Of a stretch of 64,000 bases of DNA, positions 38,382 through 49,681 are shown piece after piece. The stretch lies in assembly GCA_965263355.1 (NCBI GenBank), contig CBDHHL010000056.1:320001-384000 (forward strand), given 5' to 3'. The notes beneath the pieces are model-generated. The model searched no databases. It was not told where the DNA came from and saw nothing but the letters and a program-made list of their open reading frames with translations. The translations under genes were made by a program, and so were the position numbers. Origin of the DNA: Leptolyngbyaceae cyanobacterium. GTDB lineage: Bacteria; Cyanobacteriota; Cyanobacteriia; Phormidesmidales; Phormidesmidaceae. Position 1 is the first letter of the stretch, and each line of letters starts with the position of its first letter.

Positions 38382-39374
38382 TTAGCCAGAGAGCTTGATT
38401 ATCAAAGGCAGGTGATCAGAACCAACGTAGGGACCAGTCCAACGCGTTTGCGTAATTAAATCGGGGCTATGTAAACAATGATCAATGGCAATTTGCAAAA
38501 AAGTAGGCATATTTCCGGGCCAGGTTGTCTGCCAAATCCAACCCTGTTGAGAATTTTTGAGACCACTGCGGTTCACCATGTTTCGAACACGCTGAGACCA
38601 GGGTGTAGAGTTAAAATCTCCAATGATAATCACCGACTTATCTGCCGCCAGTTGTCGACGACTCCAATCCGCAACCGCTTCTAATTCAGTCGCCTGAAAC
38701 GCAGACATGCCAGATGTTCCAGGACGGGTAATATGCACACTCATCAAGCTGAGGATACCCTGACCAAACTGAACATCAACGGTTAACAACGGTCGTTGAG
38801 AATAGTTGGGCACCTGGATAATATTTTTTTGAATAATCCCTAGGGAAGACTCTAGTGGCACAAACATGGCGCTACCGTGGGAGTTGGTTTTTGGCTCAGC
38901 CGCCACTAACCGATAGTTAGTGAGCTGCTTCACAATGAGTGGCAGCGTAGTCGGTGTAATCTCCTGGAGAAAAACAATATCTGCAACCTGGCGATTAACA
39001 TACTCAATTGCTTGGATAGGTCGAGGATTTTTATGATCGATATTGGCATGGAGAATGGTCAGACTCGGTGCTTCAGTCAGGGTCTCAGTAGTGGGTTGTA
39101 AAAAAGATGCTTTTAAAGACGCTCTTGATGGCCAGGCTAATGACAAGATTAGGGTACCGTTGACCATCAAGGGAATTAGCCAGACTATGCCCCACTGCTG
39201 CCGTTGCCGTAAACTTACCAGCAGGGGAAATAATAAAAGCCAACAGTACTGCCACCGAAAATGGTCCAGTAATTCAAACCGCCACCATAGGTTACCAACT
39301 AAACCACAAACTGTTGCCAGGGTAATGATAAGACCTAGAAAAATACTAAAACGACTTAAAGCAATGCGGCCCAT
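38382..39374 (-). CDS. endonuclease/exonuclease/phosphatase family membrane protein
   Basis: N-terminal TMs; LHANI, DIVFLQE, IIGDFNSTPWS, IDHCL, GSDHLP. Confidence 0.88.
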   Translation of the reverse strand: MGRIALSRFSIFLGLIITLATVCGLVGNLWWRFELLDHFRWQYCWLLLFPLLVSLRQRQQWGIVWLIPLMVNGTLILSLAWPSRASLKASFLQPTTETLTEAPSLTILHANIDHKNPRPIQAIEYVNRQVADIVFLQEITPTTLPLIVKQLTNYRLVAAEPKTNSHGSAMFVPLESSLGIIQKNIIQVPNYSQRPLLTVDVQFGQGILSLMSVHITRPGTSGMSAFQATELEAVADWSRRQLAADKSVIIIGDFNSTPWSQRVRNMVNRSGLKNSQQGWIWQTTWPGNMPTFLQIAIDHCLHSPDLITQTRWTGPYVGSDHLPLIIKLSG

Positions 39375-39598
39375 ACCCCTAACAAGTCTCCATACCCATC
39401 CAGCAGTCCTTCACCATCTAATTGACGCATTTTCTTAAATTTTGTCAGGACATCAGAAAAATTTAGGTGATCACTCATAATCAAGGTATCCTTGAGCACC
39501 CGTATAACAGATTTTTTCAGCTGAAAATATACCTGAACCTGAAAGACCCGCTCAAGATTTGGCACAATAGCGGAGAGCGAGCAAAAAGGCCAGAAATC

Positions 39599-40546
39599 AT
39601 GGATTCAAAAACGTTATCGTTCAGTATTGTGATTACCACCTACAACCGCTTAGAACTGTTGAAACGTGCGATCGCAACCGCCCTCAGCCAGACCATCCCC
39701 TGTCAGGTAATCGTCGTGGACAACGCTTCCACTGACGGTACCCAGGACTATGTTAAAAGTCTGGGTGATCAGGTGCTTTACCAGCGTAACCCCACCAATA
39801 CTAACCACTCTGGAGCGGTAAATGCAGGCGTGGAACTAGCCACAGGTAGCTGGATCAAACTCGTGGACGATGACGACTATCTGGCTCCCACCTGTATTGA
39901 AGAAATTGCTAAAGCCATTGAGCAACGCCCTGAAGCCGTGATTTGCTCCTGTCAGGCTGCCCAGGTAAATGACGCGGGGCAAGAGCTAAGTCGCACCCCC
40001 GTCACCGGTCCTGGCGAAGCGTTTTATATTCCCCAGGCCGATATTCATTACGGCATGTTCCTGGAAGTTGTTCCCTTTGGTACCCCAATTCAGGTGGCCG
40101 TCCGTCGCGATGCCTTTCTCAAGTCAGGCGGTTGGGACCTAACCATGACTGGTTTTGACGATATTGACTCCTGGATTCGTGTGGCCGACCATGGCGATGC
40201 CATATTTATCAATAAATGCCTCACTTATCGTACCGTTTGGCCCGGTGGCTACGATCAGAAAATCACCCTCCAGCGTCGCCTCGATACCAATATTTTGATC
40301 AAAGAACGTATCTATCAACACGTTAGCCCCAAACATCGAGACAAACTACCCACCTTAAAGACAATTCGCCAATACCTCAGTCTCCACTGGATGCTTGTTG
40401 CCCTTAAACAAAAACAATTCCCTAGTGCCCTCAGCTTTGGCATCCCTGCCATCTTCTCCCCCAAGGCTTGGCAGTTGTTACAGCAAGCCGTTAATTTCCG
40501 TAAGCAAAAGGCCACACCTCCCATTGCTAAGCTAGCCCTTGAATAG
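39599..40546 (+). CDS. glycosyltransferase family 2
   Basis: FSIVITTYNR, VIVVDNASTDGT, LVDDDD; likely start ATG 39599. Confidence 0.9.
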   Translation: MDSKTLSFSIVITTYNRLELLKRAIATALSQTIPCQVIVVDNASTDGTQDYVKSLGDQVLYQRNPTNTNHSGAVNAGVELATGSWIKLVDDDDYLAPTCIEEIAKAIEQRPEAVICSCQAAQVNDAGQELSRTPVTGPGEAFYIPQADIHYGMFLEVVPFGTPIQVAVRRDAFLKSGGWDLTMTGFDDIDSWIRVADHGDAIFINKCLTYRTVWPGGYDQKITLQRRLDTNILIKERIYQHVSPKHRDKLPTLKTIRQYLSLHWMLVALKQKQFPSALSFGIPAIFSPKAWQLLQQAVNFRKQKATPPIAKLALE

Positions 40547-40582
40547 TTTTGAATTAAGAGTTTTAATTTTGAGTTTTGAGTT
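40547..40582. repeat. short degenerate heptamer repeats (TTTTGAR), cyanobacterial STRR-like
   Basis: TTTTGAA..TTTTAA TTTTGAG TTTTGAG. Confidence 0.45.
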
Positions 40583-40594
40583 CTAAGCCCCCCC

Positions 40595-43500
40595 ATGACT
40601 GCGACAACCACCCCATCACTCTATCAAGTCGGCGGCAGTCTCCATGCCCAGGCCCCCACCTACATCAAGCGCCAGGCCGATGATCACCTCTACGAAAGCC
40701 TGGAGCAAGGAGAGTTTTGCTATGTATTTAATACTCGGCAAATTGGTAAATCCAGCCTCCGGGTAAGAACCAAATACCGGCTTGAACAAAATGATGTCCG
40801 CTGTGCTGCCATTGACTTGACTAACTTAGGCAGCGACAACATCACCGCCGAAAATTGGTATATGGGCATTGCAGCAGAGCTGTGGCGTAGCTTTCAGCTA
40901 GTTGGAAATTTTCAACAATGGTGGCAGCAAGGAGATAGCCTTTCGGTTGTTCAACGTCTAGAGCATTTTATTAAAGATGTGATTTTGCAACAGCTTGAGA
41001 CTGAACGCATTGTTATTTTTATCGATGAAATCGATAGCGTATTGGGACTTCCCTTCGCCGCTGATGACTTGTTCGCCCTGATTCGCTACTGCTATAACCA
41101 ACGGGTAGATAGTCCAGAGTATCGGCGTCTGACCTTTGCCCTGTTTGGTGTGGCCACCCCCACGGATCTCTGTCAAAATCCAAATCGTACCCCGTTTAAT
41201 ATTGGTACAGCGATTGAGCTAAAAGGGTTTACGGCCAAAGAAGCCATGCCGTTAAGTTACTGGTTAAAACCAACGGTCGCCAATGCCACTGAAACGTTAG
41301 AACATATTTTGGCTTGGACCAATGGACAACCCTTTTTAACCCAAAAGCTCTGTCAACTAGTCGTTGCCAAACTGTCTCCCCGGACAGCCATCTATGTAGA
41401 ACAGATTTGGATCGATGGGGTGGTGCGATCTCAACTGATCAAAAACTGGGAGTCCCAGGATCAGCCCCCCCATCTGCGTATTATTCAAGATCGTTTACTC
41501 TCCCGCCCCCAGTTGATCAGTCGTTTATTGGGACGCTATAAAAAACTGTTGTTAGGTAAAACCCTATCTCTAAAGGACAATCACCTCCAAGAAGAACTGT
41601 TACTCTCAGGGTTGGTTATTAAGCAAGCTGGTCAACTTGTTGTGCAAAATCAGCTCTATCGAGAAGTGTTTAATACCCATTGGGTAGATTATCATCTAGT
41701 CCGGTTACGTCCCTATTCCCAGGCATTTGAAGCCTGGGTGAATTCTGAGCAAAAAGACCGTTCACGATTGTTGCGAGGACAGTCCTTATTGGAAGCTCAG
41801 GCCTGGGCCAAAGATCAAGAACTTAGCGACCTAGACTACAAATTTTTATCAGACAGCGTCGACGTCGATCGTCAAGAAGTACAGCAGGCTCTAGAATCTG
41901 AACGACTCAAAGAACTGGAAGCTCGACTAGAAGCCCAACAGCGCAATGTCACACTGCAGCGTTTTTTACTTGTGGGTATGGGTATGGCATTTCTAAGCAT
42001 TACCAGTATTGCCATGCTCGCCTATCGTCAGTCTCGTCAAACCATGCTGACGCAACAAGATAACCAAAACAACCAGGCACTGTCTATCAGTTACTACTCT
42101 GACGCCCTTTTTAACCAAAATCATCGGCTCCAATCATTGCTGGAAGCCGTGAGAGCAGCCCAGCAACTACAGCGATTACCCGTGCCTCAGCCCAGCGTTA
42201 AACAACAGGTAGAACAAACCCTTCGACGCACACTACAGAGCATTACCGAAGCCAACCAGCTGAGAGGTCACGGTGCCCCTGTCTATGGCGTCAACTTTAG
42301 TCCAGATGGCCAGTATTTAGCCTCCGCCAGTTGGGACAACACCCTCAAGCTTTGGCATGCCAGTGGACAATTAATTACCACCCTCAGTGGCCATACCAAT
42401 GCTGTTTGGGATGTCGCCTTTAGTCCTGACAGTGAATATCTTGTATCCGCGAGTGCCGACGCCACAGCCAAAATCTGGCCCATTAACTATGACAACACTA
42501 TTCCCACTGTGGTCGCACCGCCCATCACCCTTAAGGGACATGAAGGTCGAGTCAATGCCGTAGATATTTCTTTAGATAGTCAAACCTTAGTCACTGGCGG
42601 TGAAGATGGCCATCTAAAATTTTGGGATAGAACTGGAAAACTATTGCTCAATATTCCAGCCCACAAGGCCAGCGTCAGTCAGGTCGCCATTAGCCCTGAT
42701 GGTTTGATTTTAGCAACTGCCAGTGAAGACCATACCATTAGACTTTGGGAAGCAACCAGCGGTCGTTTATTGAACGAACTTAAGGAGCATCAAGCCCCAG
42801 TTTATGGCCTTGCATTTAATCCCAATGGACGACTATTAGCGTCTGCCAGTGATGATAAAACTATTAAACTTTGGCGACTGAACCCAGATGGGAGCATCGA
42901 TCAAGATACCGAAACGGACCCTAGAGAAAGCCAAACGATTACGTTGGAAGGCCATCAGGATCAAGTTTGGCGGGTAACGTTTAGCCCTGATGGACGTCAG
43001 CTAGCTTCCACCAGTTTGGATAATACCATCAACCTATGGACTAGTAGCGGGATCCTGGTAACCACCTTGAAGGGGCATGATGCCGGGACCTGGAGCGTAG
43101 ATTTTAGCCCTGATGGAGAAGTTTTAGCCTCTAGCAGTGATGACGCCACGGTAAGGCTTTGGCGACTGGATAAAGTTCCCCAAACGCTCCATGGGTACCA
43201 GGGCCCTGCGACTAATCTGGCCCTCAATCAACGAATTATAGCCGCAGGTAGCTGGGACAAAACCATTCAGCTTTGGAACTGGCGAGGAAATCTAATGTCT
43301 GTACTAAAGGGCCACACTGACCGGGTCTGGCAAGTAGCCATTAGCCCCGATGGCCAAACGTTAGCCTCCGCCAGTTGGGATCAAACGGTAAAGCTTTGGC
43401 ATCCTGACGGAGAGCTTCTGGACACCTTGCAGGGGCACCGAGACCGAGTGGGGGGAGTTGCTTTTAGTCCTGAGGGCAACGAAATTGCCTCCGCTAGTTG

Positions 43501-44140
43501 GGATCAAACCATTAAAATTTGGCAACCAAACGGGGAACTACTACACACGCTACGGGGGCATCGAGATCGGGTTTATGGGGTTGCTTATAGTCCTGACGGG
43601 CAGCATTTGGTATCCGCAGGATGGGACCACACCATTAAAATTTGGAATCGTCAAGGAAAGCTACAGAAAAGTATTCATGGCCATCGTGCTCCCATTTGGC
43701 ATGTTGCCGTTAGTCCAGACAGCCAGCTTATTGCCTCTGCCAGTGCCGATCACTCCATTAAGCTTTGGTCAATTACAGGCCGTCTAATTGCTACTCTACA
43801 AGGCCATCGAGCACGGGTTCACGCAGTGGCCTTTAGCCCGGACGGCAAATTGCTAGCATCGACCAGCTATGACCGCACTGTACGTATCTGGCAACAAGAT
43901 GGCACCTTGGTAACTACCTTGTATGGCCACAATGGATCTACTTGGGGAGTTGCCTTTAGTCCTGATGGTCAAACGTTAATTTCTAGCGGTCATGACCGTA
44001 GAATCATACTATGGGATTGGCAGGATACTCGCAGCTTTGAACAATTACTAGATGACGGCTGTCGATGGTTAGACAACTACCTCGCCTATGGAGACAACTT
44101 ATCCGATGCGGATCGCCAGTTATGTAGTGGGGGTATTTAA
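40595..44140 (+). CDS. AAA-like (AAA_35) NTPase - TM - WD40 repeat protein
   Basis: [48 protein letters not shown]; one TM; about 14 GH..V..VAFSPDG..LASAS.D.T.KLW repeats. Confidence 0.93.
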   Translation: MTATTTPSLYQVGGSLHAQAPTYIKRQADDHLYESLEQGEFCYVFNTRQIGKSSLRVRTKYRLEQNDVRCAAIDLTNLGSDNITAENWYMGIAAELWRSFQLVGNFQQWWQQGDSLSVVQRLEHFIKDVILQQLETERIVIFIDEIDSVLGLPFAADDLFALIRYCYNQRVDSPEYRRLTFALFGVATPTDLCQNPNRTPFNIGTAIELKGFTAKEAMPLSYWLKPTVANATETLEHILAWTNGQPFLTQKLCQLVVAKLSPRTAIYVEQIWIDGVVRSQLIKNWESQDQPPHLRIIQDRLLSRPQLISRLLGRYKKLLLGKTLSLKDNHLQEELLLSGLVIKQAGQLVVQNQLYREVFNTHWVDYHLVRLRPYSQAFEAWVNSEQKDRSRLLRGQSLLEAQAWAKDQELSDLDYKFLSDSVDVDRQEVQQALESERLKELEARLEAQQRNVTLQRFLLVGMGMAFLSITSIAMLAYRQSRQTMLTQQDNQNNQALSISYYSDALFNQNHRLQSLLEAVRAAQQLQRLPVPQPSVKQQVEQTLRRTLQSITEANQLRGHGAPVYGVNFSPDGQYLASASWDNTLKLWHASGQLITTLSGHTNAVWDVAFSPDSEYLVSASADATAKIWPINYDNTIPTVVAPPITLKGHEGRVNAVDISLDSQTLVTGGEDGHLKFWDRTGKLLLNIPAHKASVSQVAISPDGLILATASEDHTIRLWEATSGRLLNELKEHQAPVYGLAFNPNGRLLASASDDKTIKLWRLNPDGSIDQDTETDPRESQTITLEGHQDQVWRVTFSPDGRQLASTSLDNTINLWTSSGILVTTLKGHDAGTWSVDFSPDGEVLASSSDDATVRLWRLDKVPQTLHGYQGPATNLALNQRIIAAGSWDKTIQLWNWRGNLMSVLKGHTDRVWQVAISPDGQTLASASWDQTVKLWHPDGELLDTLQGHRDRVGGVAFSPEGNEIASASWDQTIKIWQPNGELLHTLRGHRDRVYGVAYSPDGQHLVSAGWDHTIKIWNRQGKLQKSIHGHRAPIWHVAVSPDSQLIASASADHSIKLWSITGRLIATLQGHRARVHAVAFSPDGKLLASTSYDRTVRIWQQDGTLVTTLYGHNGSTWGVAFSPDGQTLISSGHDRRIILWDWQDTRSFEQLLDDGCRWLDNYLAYGDNLSDADRQLCSGGI

Positions 44141-44458
44141 GAAGACCGTTAGAATATTCCTTTAAATTACTTTTTTCACCTTACAAATCTTCCGTGTTTT
44201 CCCTTAAATTGCTTTCATAGCGAGTTAGTTCATTTAGATACCTTTTGACTTGCAGGTTAGTTGCATTAGGGCCTGTAGTCGATAGGAGCAATAGAGAGAT
44301 TGTCATCGTCACTGAGCAAAGGTTTTTGGAAGAGCTTTTGCTTGACGATTGTCTTTTTTGTTTTTTGCCCCCTTGTTCAAAAAACTTTCTGTTTGCGTTC
44401 CAAAAGCTGTATTGATATTGCTATCAGTACGATTTACAGGATCATAGGAGATAAGAGT

Positions 44459-44842
44459 ATGAAAGCTATTGCCATTGTTGGAAGCACTAATCAGTCTCAG
44501 CCATTGCTGGCTGATTTGTTGCACTGGCATGGGCTGTCCATTTTTCAGGTAGACAGCAACGACGCTTTATTACCCTTGCTCAGCTTTATTTCTCCTGAGT
44601 TAATTATTATTGAGTCTTCTGGCAAAATCTCTGCTGAAGCGATATGCGATCGCATCAGGCACAGTTCTGTCCTGGGTCATCTTCCTATCATTATCTGTAC
44701 AAGCTGGAGAAGTAATGACGGTAATGCCGATGCCTACATTTATGAGCCCTACACGGCGGAAGAGATATTTGCAAACATTCAAGCCCTGCGGCCTTTGGAC
44801 AATCAACTATCGAACAGTATAGTCGCCCAAATCGACTTCTAG
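44459..44842 (+). CDS. atypical single receiver (CheY-like) domain protein
   Basis: PELIIIE, ICDRIRHSSVLGHLPIIICT, ADAYIYEPY..EEI; likely start 44459. Confidence 0.65.
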   Translation: MKAIAIVGSTNQSQPLLADLLHWHGLSIFQVDSNDALLPLLSFISPELIIIESSGKISAEAICDRIRHSSVLGHLPIIICTSWRSNDGNADAYIYEPYTAEEIFANIQALRPLDNQLSNSIVAQIDF

Positions 44843-44909
44843 ACCACGTCCAAATTGAAACCTGTCGGTTTTTCATCGGAAAAACGACTGTTCTGGGCGT
44901 GGACGTGGC

Positions 44910-46232
44910 TTAGGTATCCAAGTCCAAGCGACCGCCAAAATACTGCCTGTACAGATTACAGCTAGCAGTTGCTGTGTTGCCTAGCAAAGTCACTAGTCCC
45001 ATACTTTCTAAGCGGTAAGCAGTCATCGGCTCAAGTTCCGTAGCCGTTTCATGCTCAATCACCTGATAAAATGTTCGGGCTAAATTAGGTTCCGATTCAA
45101 AGATAGCCAGGTAGCTACGCAGATGATCGCTGTAAATTCCACTTTGTTGAGGGGCTTCATCAATCAACTGCTGCAGATCCATTTTGTGCACACTCAGGTT
45201 GTAAAGGGCCAAATGGATCAAGTAGGGGTGACCTTCTACCAGCGTGTGGAGTGAAATCAAACCGTCGTCCCAGGCCACATTATACCGCTGAGCCAACTGC
45301 TGGGTTTGGGCCAGCGTAAAGGCCGGTAAGCGCAAAGGTAACCCAACATTGAACGGTGATTGATGTATCTGCAATGGAATATATGCTTCCGTTGCATAGG
45401 CCACCAGCAACCGTAAATATCCCCATTCTGCCAGGTTTTTAGCTTCTTCATGCCATACTCGCAACATCGGTAAAAATTCCTGGGCCATGGCGGGGTGTTC
45501 AAAGACCGCCTGGAGATCATCAATTACCAGTAGCAACGGCTGTTGTAACGGATTGAGTACACTGCTTTGCATGTAGTTTGTGCAGCTCACCTTGCTACCT
45601 AAATCCTGATTCCAAACATCGTCTAGTTGGGCCGTCAGCTTTAGCTGCTGGGCAATGTTGGCACAAAACCAACGCAAAAATTTATCAAATTTGGCCAATA
45701 CCCCACCATCTGCTTGCCGAAAGTTAAGCCGTACAACCTTAAAATTAAGTGTTTGAGCCTGGGCAACTAACCGATTAACTAGGGACGTTTTACCCCAACG
45801 TTCCGGGGCACGAATCCTTAGCAAAGCCCCTGGTTTTAACAATTCACCCATGGCCTGGTTTTCCACCGGAGGCCGCTCGATGTAAAGGGGAGACCCTAAG
45901 GGAAGAGGGCTACCTGGAAATGTGGTATCGGATTGGTCCATCCCAGGCCACCATGAACCTGGCGCACTGGGCTGATGAAGCTGGTAAGCTTGCTGCCGTA
46001 AGACGGCATGAATATTTTTTTTCGTCACTCGCTCTCCCAAAACTTGGGATATCTTTTGCCAAAGACGGGAGCCCGTAACGCGAACATAGTCAGCATCGTA
46101 GCCCTCAGTAGCTGCGATTTGCGCGTAGGTTGAACCTTGCCAGCATCGCCTAAAAACGACCTCTTGAATAGCCGTTAACCGATACGGTGAAAGGAGTTTA
46201 TCAACTAGCGTGATGGCATCTTCAGGAGACAT
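44910..46232 (-). CDS. HTH + AAA-like (AAA_35) NTPase
   Basis: N-terminal LTAIQEVVF..CWQGSTYAQIA..GY...GSRLWQKISQVLGERVTKKN; YIERPPVE, RAPERWGKTSL, SPFNVG, GHPYL. Confidence 0.88.
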   Translation of the reverse strand: MSPEDAITLVDKLLSPYRLTAIQEVVFRRCWQGSTYAQIAATEGYDADYVRVTGSRLWQKISQVLGERVTKKNIHAVLRQQAYQLHQPSAPGSWWPGMDQSDTTFPGSPLPLGSPLYIERPPVENQAMGELLKPGALLRIRAPERWGKTSLVNRLVAQAQTLNFKVVRLNFRQADGGVLAKFDKFLRWFCANIAQQLKLTAQLDDVWNQDLGSKVSCTNYMQSSVLNPLQQPLLLVIDDLQAVFEHPAMAQEFLPMLRVWHEEAKNLAEWGYLRLLVAYATEAYIPLQIHQSPFNVGLPLRLPAFTLAQTQQLAQRYNVAWDDGLISLHTLVEGHPYLIHLALYNLSVHKMDLQQLIDEAPQQSGIYSDHLRSYLAIFESEPNLARTFYQVIEHETATELEPMTAYRLESMGLVTLLGNTATASCNLYRQYFGGRLDLDT

Positions 46233-46467
46233 AGGCCACCATCATCAATTAGGTGTATTCAAAATCACTGTCAGTAGACGTTTCTCCTCTTAACCGCTAG
46301 ACCTAAGGAAGCCATTAATATATCAGGCCAATTGCGTTCTATTTTGTAATCTAATGTTTAGTTTTAATACAGTGCTTTATCTAAACGCATACTGGGCAAG
46401 CATCAGCGGCCTATTTCCTAGCCATAGGTCTAAGTTTATCTGCAAAACCTATCGTAATATTCAGACC

Positions 46468-46576
46468 CTAGTGCTCTGTCAAGACTAAAAATTAGGGTAG
46501 GCGATCTCTGAAAGTCTTACACAGGAGCATTTTCAAAAGGGGTTTACCCTAAAATTAAGCTTTGACGCTGCACTAG
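46468..46576. mobile_element. MITE-like element 1 bounded by CTAG
   Basis: Left end CTAGTGCTCTGTCAAGACTAAAAATTAGGGTA; reverse complement of right end CTAGTGCAGCGTCAAAGCTTAATTTTAGGGTA. Confidence 0.75.
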
Positions 46577-46734
46577 TAGTCTGTCAAGCCTAAGGTCTAG
46601 GATGAGGCTAGTAAGGAATGAAGAATCAACGGGGTGACGCGTGACGCTTTACCCTATAGCCCTGGGGGCATGGCTGACGCTAGTACGCTGCATCAATACA
46701 GCATCCTAATTTTTTAGCGTTGACGCAGTACTAG
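46573..46734. mobile_element. MITE-like element 2, sharing CTAG with element 1
   Basis: Left end CTAGTAGTCTGTCAAGCCTAAGGTCTAGGATG; reverse complement of right end CTAGTACTGCGTCAACGCTAAAAAATTAGGATG. Confidence 0.7.
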
Positions 46735-46786
46735 CCTAGTACGGACGACTACTAGGAGGGTGACAAGCTGAATCATCAGCCCAAGA

Positions 46787-48829
46787 ATGGGGAAATCTGA
46801 TAGTGGGCTGAATTTGTTTGATAACGAAAAATTGCAGTCCGAACGATACCATTCTGTAGGGATGCAACATCTTTTAATTATCGAAGATGACAACGGCAAA
46901 CGCGCCGTGAGTTTAACGGCTGATTCTAGTTCCATCGGTCGTGATTCTAGCAACTCAATTGTTTTACATTCGAAAGAAGTCTCACGCCAACATGCAATTT
47001 TGTTAAGGGTTACCCACCCTGGTTCAGAAGACTATGGGTTTCGCATCGTTGATGGCAATTTGCAAGGCAAACCTAGCACAAATGGTTTGTTTATCAATGG
47101 TCAACGCAGTAGTTACCGTAATCTGCGCCACGGTGATGAAATTATCTTTGGTGGAAATATCAAGGCACGCTATCACACAGCTATTGAGGATGAGAATATC
47201 CAATGGCTACTGTCGGGTGGCAAGGACGCTGAAAAATATATGGCTACCTTAATTGAAGCTCCTGTAGATCCGTCTGTTATACCCAATTTGGACAAACTTG
47301 AAGATGCTGCAATAGCTCGACTTGCCTCTTTTCCTGAACTTTTTTCCCATCCAATTATTGAGATATCTCTCACAGGTGAATTAACGTATCTCAATCCTGC
47401 AGCAGTCAACCAGTTTCCCAACATTAACTTAGCTAAATTAGCTCATCCTATCCTGACTGGAGTTATTGATACGGTTCAGGCACAGGAAAAAAAACGATTT
47501 GTTCGCAACATTACGGTAGACAATCAAATTTTTGAGCAAGCATTTCACTATATCCCCCAAAGTGACTTGATCCGTTGTTATTTAGTAGATATTACCGATC
47601 GAAAACGAGTCGAATCAGAACTTCAGGCTCTCCACGATGATCTAGAAGCTCAGGTAAAAGAACGAACCAGTCAAGTCCTAGCCACAACAGAACAATTAAA
47701 ACAAGAACAAATAGCTCTTCAGTCCAGCTATGCCACCAACCGAGCTTTGCTCAATGCCATTCCAGATCCCCTATTTCGTATTAGTAGTACTGGAGAATTT
47801 GTCAACTTTAGTGAACCCAAACAACATACGTTGCCATTTTCCCCTGCCAGCTGTCTTCATCAACAGTTGGCTGATATACTGCCAGTCTCTATAGCAGTAG
47901 AAATGCAGCAATGTATTGATCGAGCTCTGACAACAGCAGAAATTGAGGTACTCGAATTTCTGCTCTCCGTCGACCATGGAATTCGCCATTTTGAAGCCCG
48001 AATCGTTAAAAGTTCTGCTCAGGAAGTAATGGTCATTATTCGCGATATCACCAAACGGAAACAAAGCGAGGCTGAGATCCGTAACACCCTTGAACGGGAA
48101 CGAGAACTAAATGATATGAAAACTCGATTTGTATCGATGACATCCCACGAATTTCGTACACCACTCACGACAATACTCTCATCAGCAGAATTACTAGAAT
48201 ACTATAGTGAGAGATGGGATAAAACTAAGCAGCATCAGTATTTGCACAAAATTCAAACAGCCGCTACTCATATGACAGAACTGCTCAATGACGTACTGTT
48301 AATCAATAAAGTAGAAGCTGGTCGGGTTGAATTTAATCCGCAGCCACTAGTACTCAATGAGTTTTGCCAGGAGATTATTGAAGAGTTACAAATTACGACC
48401 ACCCAGCATAACTTAGAGCTGAGATCGCAACTCCCCAATATCCATCATCAAATTGACCGTAAGCTCATGCGCCATATTTTAACTAATCTATTGTCCAATG
48501 CCATTAACTATTCTCCTAACGGTGGCGACATTGTAGTGGGCTTAGACTCCACAACCACCCAGTTACAACTATGGGTTCAGGATCAGGGTATTGGCATCCC
48601 TGAAGATGCTCGATCCACACTGTTTGACTCATTTGTACGTGGTCCCAATGTTGGCACCATTTCAGGCACTGGTCTAGGACTAGCCATCATCCAGAAAGCC
48701 GTAAATCTGCATCAGGGTCAAATCACCTTTGATAGTAAGGTTGGTGAAGGTACTACCTTTACCGTTACCCTGCCAATACATCTCCTTGAGAAACTAGCAT
48801 CTTTCTCGGGCAACCTAGTGAATGCCTAG
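46787..48829 (+). CDS. FHA-PAS-PAS sensor histidine kinase
   Basis: FHA (SIGRD, VSRQHA, STNGLFING); PAS; H-box SHEFRTPLT, NLLSNAINYS, DQGIGI, GTGLGL; alternative start 46862. Confidence 0.93.
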   Translation: MGKSDSGLNLFDNEKLQSERYHSVGMQHLLIIEDDNGKRAVSLTADSSSIGRDSSNSIVLHSKEVSRQHAILLRVTHPGSEDYGFRIVDGNLQGKPSTNGLFINGQRSSYRNLRHGDEIIFGGNIKARYHTAIEDENIQWLLSGGKDAEKYMATLIEAPVDPSVIPNLDKLEDAAIARLASFPELFSHPIIEISLTGELTYLNPAAVNQFPNINLAKLAHPILTGVIDTVQAQEKKRFVRNITVDNQIFEQAFHYIPQSDLIRCYLVDITDRKRVESELQALHDDLEAQVKERTSQVLATTEQLKQEQIALQSSYATNRALLNAIPDPLFRISSTGEFVNFSEPKQHTLPFSPASCLHQQLADILPVSIAVEMQQCIDRALTTAEIEVLEFLLSVDHGIRHFEARIVKSSAQEVMVIIRDITKRKQSEAEIRNTLERERELNDMKTRFVSMTSHEFRTPLTTILSSAELLEYYSERWDKTKQHQYLHKIQTAATHMTELLNDVLLINKVEAGRVEFNPQPLVLNEFCQEIIEELQITTTQHNLELRSQLPNIHHQIDRKLMRHILTNLLSNAINYSPNGGDIVVGLDSTTTQLQLWVQDQGIGIPEDARSTLFDSFVRGPNVGTISGTGLGLAIIQKAVNLHQGQITFDSKVGEGTTFTVTLPIHLLEKLASFSGNLVNA

Positions 48830-48888
48830 GGTTTTGCATCTGACTATGCATCGATCAATCTAAAATATTAGGTGTTTCGGGAAAAATC

Positions 48889-49533
48889 ATGGTTAAAATT
48901 TTAGTTATTGAGGACGAATTAGAAATTCGTTCGAACCTTCTAGAACTTCTGGAACTGGAAGGATACGATGTCATTAGTGCAGACAATGGTATGACTGGAT
49001 TACTAGGAGCCATTGAGCATGCCCCAGATTTAATCATCTGTGATGTCATGATGCCTGAACTTGATGGACATGATGTGTTGCGAGCCCTACGACAAGAATC
49101 TAAAACTGTAGGAATTCCCTTTATTTTCCTAACAGCCTTGGCCAACAAAGAAGATATTCGTAAGGGTATGGTGTTAGGTGCTGACGACTATCTAACCAAA
49201 CCCTTTACCCGTTCAGAAGTGCTTACTGCTGTTGAAAGCCGTCTACAAAAACAAGCTGCTTCACAATCTCAAATATCTATTTTTCAACAAGAGATTCAAC
49301 AATTTCATGTAGGTTTAAACAATGAGCAGACCGCTCTACTCAGAGATATGCGACAGCATCTAAAAGATGGTGCCGTTAAATTAGAAATTGTTACTAATAT
49401 TCTGAAAACATTGCCTCCTAGTGAACAACGAGAGCGCAGTATTGCCATCGTGCAGAATGTCTGCGCTACTGAGATAAAGATGTTGGCACGAGTGCCTAAT
49501 TTTGAATATTTGCTAGAAACAACAGTAGTGTAG
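48889..49533 (+). CDS. response regulator (receiver plus short helical tail)
   Basis: ILVIEDE, PDLIICDVMMPELDG, FIFLTA, GADDYLTKPF. Confidence 0.93.
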   Translation: MVKILVIEDELEIRSNLLELLELEGYDVISADNGMTGLLGAIEHAPDLIICDVMMPELDGHDVLRALRQESKTVGIPFIFLTALANKEDIRKGMVLGADDYLTKPFTRSEVLTAVESRLQKQAASQSQISIFQQEIQQFHVGLNNEQTALLRDMRQHLKDGAVKLEIVTNILKTLPPSEQRERSIAIVQNVCATEIKMLARVPNFEYLLETTVV

Positions 49534-49546
49534 CCCCTTAGAAAAC

Positions 49547-49580
49547 AGGTTTAGAAGGATAAGGCTACCCTTCTAAACCT
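49547..49580. terminator. hairpin between convergent genes
   Basis: AGGTTTAGAAGG...CCTTCTAAACCT, 12-bp perfect stem. Confidence 0.65.
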
Positions 49581-49597
49581 ATTCTGAGTTTCAATTG

Positions 49598-49681
49598 TTA
49601 ACTAAACTTAGAGCTTAAAACCGCTACAACGATAACCACAATTAGTAATGCACCTATCATTAATAGTACAGTTGAATACAT
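49598..49681 (-). CDS. candidate 27-aa hydrophobic micropeptide
   Basis: MYSTVLLMIGALLIVVIVVAVLSSKFS*, ending just before the hairpin. Confidence 0.4.
   Translation of the reverse strand: MYSTVLLMIGALLIVVIVVAVLSSKFS

Noticed and set aside
42240..44020. DNA-level repeats in 42-44 kb
   Set aside because: Ordinary WD40 coding repeats
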